DNA of 62,497 bases, filler included, from Chiloscyllium plagiosum (taxonomy: Eukaryota): assembly GCF_004010195.1 (NCBI RefSeq). It is 5 parts of one record of this genome, joined end to end, with 100 filler letters (N's around TTAATTAATTAA, not from the genome) between each part and the next. Parts side by side here need not be neighbours in the genome. Positions count along the whole stretch, not along the records: positions 37,050 to 53,658 come from NC_057710.1; positions 53,759 to 62,497 come from NC_057710.1; 3 more parts are not named here. One strand, written 5' to 3'. The notes beneath the pieces were generated by a model that saw only the letters and a program-made list of their open reading frames with translations, had not been told where the DNA came from and searched no databases. A program made the position numbers and the translations under genes. Shown here piece by piece: positions 52,082 through 62,497 of this stretch; the stretch's first letter is position 1, and every line of letters starts with the position of its first letter.

Positions 52082-52219
52082 TGAAGGTGCAAGCTGTGAT
52101 GAGAGGCCTTTTGCTTCCCTCCCACTCCTCATGTCCAAACCCACCCCAACTCCTCTCCTTCTGATTTCTGTTTTCACATACCCAAGAGTAATTGCCTGGC
52201 TGGCCAATCTAATGTGGAG

Positions 52220-52315
52220 GGATTCTGATGAAGGGCCCTTGCCCGAAACATCGATTCTCCTGCTCCTCGGATGCTGCCTAACCTGCTGTGCTTTTCAGCA
52301 CTCCACTCTCGACTC
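52220..52315 (+). mobile_element. Family-B PLE terminal fragment with hammerhead motif
   Basis: CUGAUGA-A-GGGC(CCUU)GCCC-GAAA-CAUC. Confidence 0.75.
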
Positions 52316-53147
52316 ATAACAGATGCTGGAGACCTCTTAAGGCTGAAACATTTGTGCTAACACTTGCAGCCACCAGCACAAAGATTTACATTGCCAAGGT
52401 TAGTATCAAGTTGGGATTCGCACAGGATGAATCACCAGGTATAATTGGGCTACTGCCAGGCGAGAAACAAAGGACAACTCATTTGTTAGTTCCTCGAGGG
52501 CACGTTCTCAGAAAGATACTCAGATGATGCCTTCAGTGAGATGATCTGCAGGGAATGCTGATGTGCAGGCAGAACAAGATACTTTGTGCATTTGCTGCCA
52601 TTTTACTGTTTGTTGCTGGCATGCAACTAGATAAGAATGTAAGTTGTGAGAAGGACACAAAGAGACTGCAAAGGCAAAACAGGCAAGTTAAGTGACTGAA
52701 CAGACAGATGGTAGAGAGAGCATAAAATGGCCAAGTATTCACTTGCATAAATAGAAAAATAGTGTGTTTTTGAAAATCCATGTAACCTTTTACTGTTATG
52801 TTCAGGAAAAAAATGTATACAATGAAATAACAAGTTAGGATGAAGGTACACAAAGTAATTAGGAGGGCAGATGTCAAGTTGATTGTTATTGTTAAGGGGA
52901 TTGGAATGTAAGATTATGGAAGTCTGCTGACATGTACAGGGTTTTAGCAAGACCACATCTGGAAAAAGCAATTTAAGTCTCCATATTTCAGCAAGTAATG
53001 CTTTCCTTGGAGGTAGTTTACTGGATTGGTTGCTCATGCAATCAGACAGTTATCCTACAATGACTAGGCCAGTGTTTATTGCCTATCCCTAATTCCCTTG
53101 TTAGCATGATAGTGAGCTCCCTTCTTGACCTGTTGCAGCCCACGTAC

Positions 53148-53658
53148 TTGGAAAAAGGCTCTCCCTGTCCACCCTATCTAACCCTCTGATTATCTTGTAT
53201 GTCTCTATTAAGTCACCTCTCAACCTTCTTCTCTCTAACGAGAACAGCCTCAAGGCCCTCAGCCTTTCCTTGTAAGACATTCCTTCCATACCAGACAACA
53301 TCCTAGTAAATCTCCTCTACACCCTTTCCAAAGCTTCCACATCCTTCTTATAATGCGGTGACCAGAACTATACACAATACTCCAAGTGTGGCCATACCAG
53401 AGCTTTGTACAGCTGCAGCATAACCTCCTGGTTCTGGAACTAAATCCCTCTATTAATAAAGGCCAAAACACTGCATGCCTTCTTAACAAACCTGTCAATC
53501 TGGGTGGCAACTTTCAGGGATCTGTATACATGGACACCAAGATCTCTCTGCTCATCTGCATTCCCAAGAATCTTACCATTAGCCCAGTACTTTGCATTCC
53601 AATTACTCCATCCAAAGTGTATCACCTCACACTTGTCCACATTAAACTCCATTTGCCA
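53148..53658 (-). mobile_element. CR1 3' fragment
   Basis: MEFNVDKCEVIHFG; RRRLRGDLIETYK. Confidence 0.92.
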
Positions 53659-53758
53659 NNNNNNNNNNNNNNNNNNNNNNNNNNNNNNNNNNNNNNNNNN
53701 NNTTAATTAATTAANNNNNNNNNNNNNNNNNNNNNNNNNNNNNNNNNNNNNNNNNNNN

Positions 53759-56260
53759 TAGAATCTATGGGGGAAGAACTGAGGAACCGCAAAAGGTTTA
53801 AAAAAAAAGCTGGAGTTATGTACAGGTCTCCCAACAGTAGGTAGGGCGCAAGATTCACCAGGTAGAAAGAGTGTGCAAAAAAGGCAAAATTACAGTGACC
53901 ATGGGGGATTTCAATATGCAGGTGGACTGGGAATATCAGGTTGGTCGTGGATTGCAAGAAAAGGAATTTGTGAAATGTCTATGAGACGGCTTTTTGGTAG
54001 AGCCCACTAGGGAACAGGCAATACTGGCTTTATTGTTGTGCAATGAGGCAGACTTATGACTCTATGAAGGAACCCTTAGGAGGCAGTGATCATAACAAAA
54101 CTGAATTTACTGTGCAATTTGAGGGGGAGAAGGTAGAATCAGAGGTAATGGTACTACAGCTGAATAAAAACAACTTTATTCAGAGGCACAAGGGAGGAGC
54201 TGGGCAGTACTGATGGGGAGAAGAGCCTAGCAAGAAAGACAGTGGGACAGCAATGACGGCAGTTTCTGGGAGTAATTCAGGAGACACAGCAAAAGTTCAA
54301 TCCTAGGAAAAAGCAGCATGGTACATGGAGGACGAGGCAACCGTGACTGACTAGGCAAGTCAGGGATAGCATAAAAGTAAAACAGAAAGTATATAATGTG
54401 GTAAAGGTCAGTGGGAAACCAGAGGATTGGGAAGCTTACAAAGACTAACAGACAGCAACAAAAAAAAAGGAGGGAAAAGATTAAATGAGGGTAAGCTAGC
54501 CCGTAATATAAAGGAAGACGGTAAGGACAAAAGAAAGACTAAAGTGGACACTGATTGCTGGAAAATGACACCTGAGAGATAGCAGTGGGGAACAAGGAAA
54601 TGGCTGAGGAATTTAATAATTACTTTGTGTCAACCTTCAGTGGAAGGCATTTGTAATATCACAAAAATTCAAAAGATTCAGGGGCAGAGCTAACTACAGT
54701 GGCCATCACCAAGGAGGTGGTGTTAGAAAACCTGTAAAGTGTTAAAGCGAATAAATGACCTGGACAATATGGACTACACCCCAGACTTCTAAAGGAGATA
54801 GCCTAAGAGATAGTGGAGGTGTGTGTGGTGATCCGTCAGGAATCACTGTAGTCAGGGACTGGAAAAACGTTAACATGACACCTGTTTAAAAAAGGAGTAG
54901 GGTAAAAGACAGAAAATTACAGGCCAATTAGCCTAACCTCGGTCGTGGGTAAGGTTTTGGAGTCCATCGTGAAGGATGAGATTTCTGAATACTTAGAAGT
55001 GAATGGTAAAATAAAACAAAGTTTCATCTGTTAGAATTCCTTGAGGTGGTAATGGGCAGGTTAGACCAAGGAGAGCCAATGGATGCTATCGATTTGGACT
55101 TGAAAAATACCTTTGACAAGATACCGCAGAGGAGGCTGCTGATTAAGATATGGGCCCATGGTGTTAGAAGCAAGGTGCTAGCATGGATAGAAGATTGGAT
55201 TGGCTGTCTGGCAAAAAGCACAGAGTGGGGATAAAAGGTTCTTTCTCAGGATGACAGCCAGTGACAAGTGGTTTTCCTCAAGGCTCAATGTTGGGACCAC
55301 AACCTTTCACTTTTTACATTAATAATCTAGATGAAGGAACTGAGGGCATTCTGGCGAAGTTTGCAGTGATACAAAGATAAGTAGAGACAGGTAGTATTGA
55401 GGTGGTGGGGAGGCTGCAGAAGGATTTGGATCGGTTAGGAGAGTGGGCAAAGAGGTGGCAAGTAGAATAAAACGTGGAAAAATGACAGGTCTTGGACTTT
55501 GGTAGGAAGAATAAAGGCATAGACTATTTTCTAAATGGGAGAAAATTCAGTCGTCTGAAATGCAAAACGACTCTAGACCAGGATTCAATCAAGGTCAACT
55601 TGCAGTTTGAGTCAATAGTTAGGAAGGCAAATGCAATGTTGACATTTATTTTGACAGGACCTGAATATAGAAGTAGGGATGTATTTTGGAAGCTCGAAAA
55701 GGTTCTGGTCAGGCCAGATTTAGAGTATTGTGCACAGTTTTGGGCTCCATATCTCAGGATGGATGTATTGGCCTTGGGGCGGGTTGAGAGGAGGTTCACA
55801 AGAATGGGCCCAGGAATGAAAAGCTTAACATAGGAAGAATGTTTGGGGATTCGGAGACTGTACCCTTGTGGTGGTGGGGGGGGGGGCATTGTGGTGGGGG
55901 TGTGGGAGGGGGAGATCTAATCAAAACTTGCAGAATACTGAATGGCCTCGACAGAGAGTAGATGTTGGGAAGATGTTTCCATTGGTAGGAGAGACTAAGA
56001 CCTGAGGGCACAGCCTTGGAGTAAAGGTAAAACCTTTTAGATCAGAGATAAGGAAAAAGCCTCTTCAGCCAGAGAGTGGTGAATCTATGGAATTCACTGC
56101 CACAGACAGTGGTGGAGGCTAGGTCACTGAGTATATTTAAGATAGAAATAGATAGGTTATTGATTGTCAAGGGAGTTGTGAAACTTATGAGCCATGATTG
56201 ACTGGTGGAGAAGACGATGGGCTGAATGGTCTAATTTCTGCTCCTGTCTTATGACCTATA
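53759..56260 (+). mobile_element. Long decayed CR1 ORF2 (APE endonuclease + RT)
   Basis: GVMYRSPN, MGDFN, GSDHN, ENYRPISLTS, FDKIP. Confidence 0.9.
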
Positions 56261-56689
56261 GATGGGATGGTGTTTTAGAAATCTCAAGGTTGTTATAAAT
56301 CTATCTAATTGGTAAGAGATAAATTATTAAAAATTTCCCAAGAGCATAATTTATTTTTCTGGAGCAATATCTTCAGGAGCAAAGTTTATAGACCATACCA
56401 GATTTTGTATGAGAAGGTTGCCAAAGTGATCTTTTACGCTGCAGGTCTGAAAGTCACATGTAAGCCAGACCTGTTAAGGATAGGTGCTTTCTTCATTCGC
56501 AACTTTTTTTTAAATTCCAGATTTACCGAACCAAGTGAATTCAAATTTCCTTAGTCCCATGACAGGGTGTGAATTACATCTACGGATGATTAGCTCAGAC
56601 TTCAGATTAGTTCAAACAGTGTGATCTGTTCAAAATGTTTTTCTCATTTAGTACAGGAACAGTATATACACCTAAAGGAACATTATACA

Positions 56690-58325
56690 TATCAAATAAA
56701 ACTGCTATGTCAACAAAATAGATGAGGGAACATAAAGCAACAGTGCATGTAAAACTAGAAAGAATGGTGCTATTCCAAGAGACTGGGAGAGGTATTGAAA
56801 CTGCAAAGATTAAAAAAAAGTAAAAACATATGATAAGAAATTTATCAGAGATAATGTTCAACAAAAGGCTTATTAATAAGAAAATGGATAGCCCTAGATG
56901 AACCAAAATCTGGAAACTATTGAAGTTAACAGAGAAAATAATTTTAGGGGAAAAATGACACGAAATATTGACAAATCCCCCAGGGCTGATGATCTTCACT
57001 GAGTTTTAGAAAGATAACGATGAGAATATTGTAGATGTTTTAGGTATATTCTTCCATAGCTTTCAATTCTGAAATTCTCTTCAGATTAGAACACTTCAAT
57101 GCAATTCCATTATGAAAGAAAGGTTATAGAGGAAAAACCAATAAATTAGAGCCAGTGTCTCAATCTGTCACAGGAAGCAACTGGAATCTATAATCAGGGG
57201 CAGTGCCATTGATCACAGAGAAATTTGAGCTAATTAGAGTGCCTATGTAAAAGGCAGGGAACAAGTTAAAACGTTTAAGTGAAATTTTGAGGAAGTAACT
57301 GAAATAATAGACAAAGGAAATGTCTATAGGTCTAATGTTTAGGAACATCACAGAAATAGCAAATTTGCTAAGCCTGCTCTGCCATTCAATTCACTGCTTA
57401 TTATCAATCTCGATGTCACTTCCTCACGGTATCCCCTATTTTCCTTGATACCACTAATCTCAAGAAATCCATCAACTTCTGTCTTGAAAATACTCAATCA
57501 CTGAGCTTCCGCAGCCGTGGTACAGAATTCTGAAGAGTTACTGAGTGAGGAATTCGTCATCTCCATCGTAAAAGTGTGGAAAAGTGTGAAGTGATTCATT
57601 TTGGAAAGTCAAATTTGAACGCAGAATACAGGGTTAAAGGCAGGATTCTTGGCAGTGTGGGGGAACAGAGGGATCTTGGGGTCCATGTCCACAGATCCCT
57701 CAAAGTTGCCACCCAAGTTGATAGGGTTGTTAAGACGGGTTAAGGTTTGTTGGCTTTCATTAGCGGGGGATTTAAGTTTATTAGCTGCAAGGTTATGCTG
57801 CAGCTGTAATGAATTCTGGTCACTTCATTATAAGGAGGACGTGGTAGCTTTAGAGAGGGTGCAGAGGAGATTTACCAGGATGCTACCTGGACTGGCGGTA
57901 TGTCTTATGAAGAAAAGTTGAGGGAGCTAAGGCTTTTCTCATTGGAGTGAAGAAGGGTGAGAGGTGACTTGATAGAGATGTACAAGATGATGAGAGGCAT
58001 AGAGAGAGTGAATAGTCAGAGACTTTTTTTGAAGGGCAGAAATGACTATCACAAGGGGGCATAATTTTAACATGGGTGGAGGAAGGTTTAGGGGAGATGT
58101 CAGCGGTCTTTACACAGAGAGTGGAGTTGGTGTGTGGAATGCACTGCCAGTAGTGGTAGTGTAGTCAGATATATTAGGGACATTTAAGCGACTCTTGGAC
58201 AGGCACACAGATGATAGTAAAATGAAGGACGTGAAGTTATTTTGATCTTAGAGTAGGATAAAAAGGTCAGCACAACATCAAGGACTGAAGGGCCTGTACT
58301 ATGCTGTATTGTTCTCTGTTCTACA
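56690..58325. mobile_element. Cluster of CR1 fragments
   Basis: KSPG.DDLH remnant; antisense tail 57340-57570; sense 3' end 57575-58325. Confidence 0.75.
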
Positions 58326-58703
58326 TAAACAGCCAACCACTTATTCTGAGACTATGTTCCCTGACTCTCGGCTCATCAGTGAAGTTATACATTCTATCTG
58401 TATCCATCCTCAAAGAACTTTCGAAGTTGCAATGAGAATACCTCACATTATTACCTACAGAGAACACAGGGCCAATTTGCTCAACTTCTTATAAAACAAT
58501 CACTCCATCCCAAGGATTTGTCTGGTGAACATCCAACGCACTCTCCTTCCTTGAATAGGGAGTCCAAAACGGTACAAAAGAGACATAGGCTAAATTATAG
58601 TTTATGGAACTAAAGGCGTGTTATAAATCTGACCAGGAGGTAGAAGTTGTAACAGTAAAATCCAACACAGACTGAATTGGCAAGAAATAGCATTTCACAA
58701 GGA

Positions 58704-58861
58704 GAAGCAAACTACTGGAGATGCTGGAATCTGTATTGAAAATAAAAAATGCTGGAAATCACTGTGGGTCAGGCAGCATCTGTGGAGAGAGAGCAAGCTA
58801 ATATTTCAAGTCTAGACCACTCTTCATCAGAGCTGCAATTTCCAAAAGTTTTTGTTCTCAA
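58704..58861. mobile_element. PLE-derived asymmetric palindrome (family D)
   Basis: 13-bp TSD catttcacaagga (58691-58703 / 58862-58874); minus-strand CUGAUGA...GAAA; short inverted arm. Confidence 0.72.
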
Positions 58862-59678
58862 CATTTCACAAGGATTTATGTTAGGCCCTATTTATCAATG
58901 TATTATATCACAAATCAGATCCATACATCCGACTTTGAAGACATAGTAAATGTCAGAGTAATTATAGAATAGGATTCTACTTGACCCAGACAGTCCACTG
59001 CCCTACTGAGCTTGCCAGTCAATTCCATTCCCCTGCTTTATCTCAAAGTTTAATTCCTTCAAGTGACCATCTAATTTCCTTGTAAAATCACTCATCCTAT
59101 CTGCTTCCATCACCCTCGTTGTCAGGCCATTATCATTTGCTGTGAAAACAAGTTCTCTCTCGCATTGTCCCTTTATATATCTTTCCATGAAAGAGAAGAA
59201 AACTCTTAACATAGCGCTGCACACACTCATCATATTAAAGTAGTTAATCACAAGTATCCATGTGGGAAAGTCGCAGTTTGTGAAGGAACAATGTAGAAAT
59301 AACATACTACCTCAAAATTAAAATATTTATAACTTAATCCTATAATTATGAAACTGTTTGATACAAGTGTAGTTGAACTGGAAATGCTGCCTGTTACAGC
59401 TTTCTTAGGAAAGCAGAGTCTTTAAGAGTATAGAAATTACTAAACCAGGCAGGAAGGATATTTGATAAGCTGATCTTCCATAATGGAATCTGGTCTCAAA
59501 GAAGATTTGGTGAAAGAGCACCAAGAATCATCAACACCACCCCTTGGTTCATTATTATTGTTCGGTGTGTTCAGAAAAAAGGTTACAATTTCTTAGATGC
59601 AGAACAAATCAGCAATTGAATCACTCATGCCATTCTCTATAAAGACATTTCACAGGAGCTAGGTACAGATGAGAATAT

Positions 59679-59882
59679 AGTAGAAAATGAGGACTGCAGA
59701 TGCTGGAGATCAGAGTAGAGTGTGCAGTGCTGGAAAAGCACAGCACGTCAGGCAGTATCAGAGGAGCCAGAGAATCAACGTTCCGGGCCCTCCACCAGGA
59801 TGAAGGGCTTATGCCCAAAACGTCGATTCTCCTGCCGGATGCTGCCTGACCTGCTGCACTTTTCCAGCACCACACTCTCAAC
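59679..59882. mobile_element. PLE-derived asymmetric palindrome (family B)
   Basis: 14-bp TSD acagaYgagaatat (59665-59678 / 59883-59896). Confidence 0.82.
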
Positions 59883-60940
59883 ACAGACGAGAATATGCAC
59901 TCGGGGAAGATTCAAACTAATTATTCTAAATAATTAGAATAGATTTCTGTGACAGAGTAACTTTTCTCTATCATTTTCAATTACATGTATGCAAACATAA
60001 ATCAACAAGGTACTCAAAATAAACTATTGTATGGACAATAAAATGAAATGAAAACTTTAATAATGTGCGCTCTTGTCCTTGCACTTTGGTATGGCAAGTA
60101 GTGGAAATGGGAACATAAAATTCCAAAGAAACTGGCAAATTTTTGAATAGATTAACTGAGGTAGCTGGATTTCAACACAGGCAAGCATGAGGTCATCCAT
60201 TTTGGATCAATAAATGAATATCTAGAAACAGCAGAGATTCAAAGATAATCATGGTTCCAAGTGAACACCAAACAAAAAACTAAGGTACACAAAATAACTA
60301 GAAAAGCCACATAATTATTAGCTCTTAATTAGAGAGCTAGGACATTGGGGATGGACAACTTGCTATAGCTATATAAAACCATGGCTATAACACATCTAGA
60401 ATACTGCTTACAATTCTGTACACTTAACAAGGGTTATAGAGCCTTAGGAAGGAGTGAAGCTCAGACTTACCAGTATATTAACAAGGCCAATTGAGGAAAT
60501 TATACACAAGGCCCTTATGACTTGCAATAAACAAGAAGAAATGGTGATTTGACAGATGTTTGTAGAATTTTGAAAGAAACGGAGGACAGCTTGATAGAAC
60601 CTTTTCCAATGATGGGGGAGTGAAGAAGAAAGGAAAAAGCCAGAGCAAGGTCAATGGGAAGCTGAGAAAGGACTGCAGCAGTTCTAGGAAATGGAAAGGT
60701 ACCCTATGCAAGAAAATACTAAATAGAAAGAATTTTACAGTAAAGAACAGGGCATTCAATAGAATCTAGGAAGAAATTTCAAAATGTAAGATGAATCAGC
60801 ACATTTCTTCCTCCACCCCAAACATTTACTTCACCTTCCTCCATTAACGTATCCTTCAACTGTTTTCTCCTCGTAAACATTTTCCAAGTTTCCCTTACTA
60901 CTAGGTGAAAACTAGAAAAGCATTTATAAATTTTACTTCA

Positions 60941-61294
<354 letters not shown>

Positions 61295-61507
61295 TTAACT
61301 CCAAAGGGAATTTGCTGATCATAAAGTACTTTGAGATGTCTGAACATGTGAATACAGCACCAAACTGAGTTATTTACTGCACATTTCTAAACTTCTCTAA
61401 TCATGGAACGCTATTAGAATTGCAGCTTTTAAAGCACGTTCAAGCAAACAGTGGATATTGCTACATCACAATACATTTGTCCTTAAGTGATACATCAGGA
61501 GTACATG

Positions 61508-61800
61508 CGGGCGGCACGGTGGTTAGCACTGCTGCCTCACAGCACCAGAGACCCAGGTTCAATTCCCGCCTCAGGCGACTGACTGTGTGGAGTTTGCACA
61601 TTCTCCCCGTGTAGTCCAAAGATGTGCAGGTCAGGTGAATTGGCCATGCTAAATTGCCCGTAGTGTTAGGTAAGGGGTAAATGTAGGGGTATGTGTGGGT
61701 TGCGCTTCGGCAGGTCGGTGTGGACTTGTTGGGCCGAAGGGCCTGTTTCCACACTGTAAGTAATCTAATCTAATCTAAAAAAGTAATCTAATCTAATCTA
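61508..61800 (+). mobile_element. HE1 SINE with internal V-core deletion, in SMAD intron
   Basis: Head, tail and (AATCT)n present; the TGCGTGGGTTTCC...CCCAC block is missing. Confidence 0.9.
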
Positions 61801-62232
61801 TATTTTTCAGTCTAAACTGGAGGATAATCAGTGCAGTATAGACATTATGTTGCATTGTCAGAAAAAAGTCTTTCAAATTAAGTTGACTATGACCCTGTTG
61901 ATACTTGAAAACTATTTTGCCTTCAGTTTTGAAGTAACTTGGTTCTGATTTTAGCTGGGAAAATACTGTTCACCCCATTCTAGACCTGTGATCATAATGC
62001 TCAATTTGACCACTAAGTCATATTAGTAGTGATCCAAGGTATGAAACTGCCAGCACAAACTAGCCAGCCTCAAGTCATCTTAGCCAAATTTCTTTCAAAC
62101 ACCACCAAAAACACACAATTTGCACATGCACCTCAGTTACAACAGTAACATCAAATGTGAGGGGAATTATGGTGGCATAGGGATAATACCACTCGAACAG
62201 TAATCCAGTGACTCAAGAAAACACTCTTTTGG

Positions 62233-62497
62233 CTGGGGGGAGGGGAAATGAGGAAACTGGTGAAATCCGAGTTCATCCCTTGTGGTTGGAGGGTTCCTAG
62301 CCGGAAGATGAGGCGTTCTTCCTCCAACCGTCGTTTCGCTGTGGTCTGACGATGGAGGAGTCCAAAGACCTGCATATCTTGGTGGAGTGGGAGGGGGAAT
62401 TGAAATGTTGAGCTACAGGGTGGTTGGTCCGGGTGTCCCAGAGGTGTTCCCTGAAACGCTCCGCAAGTAGGCGGCCCGTCTCCCCAATATAGAGGAG
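62233..62497 (-). mobile_element. Penelope GIY-YIG C-terminal fragment
   Basis: YIGETGR.LAERFREH...RRLEEERLIFRLGTLQPQGMN. Confidence 0.9.

Overview
Repeat-dense vertebrate genomic DNA, most likely from a shark. This is inferred from HE1-type V-SINEs sharing their 3' tail with HER1/CR1 LINEs. The only clear host coding sequence is one 257-nt minus-strand exon of a BMP R-SMAD (MH2 domain, SMAD5/SMAD1-like) at 60965-61221; I could not find its expected terminal exon downstream. Most of the rest is decayed CR1 LINEs, tRNA-derived SINEs, Penelope-like elements (PLEs), Harbinger relics, a solo LTR, a Tigger-like MITE and a 31-bp minisatellite. There are six N-gaps, four carrying an artificial TTAATTAATTAA linker. 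Two things stand out. (1) A fragmented minus-strand coding relic (~33090 to 28360) reads as a Mononegavirales/paramyxovirus-like nucleoprotein once the TE insertions are removed; this is a candidate endogenous viral element, aligned by eye only. (2) At least eight PLE-derived asymmetric palindromes carry minimal hammerhead-ribozyme motifs and a ~35-nt unpaired tail, most with 11-15 bp target-site duplications (TSDs).
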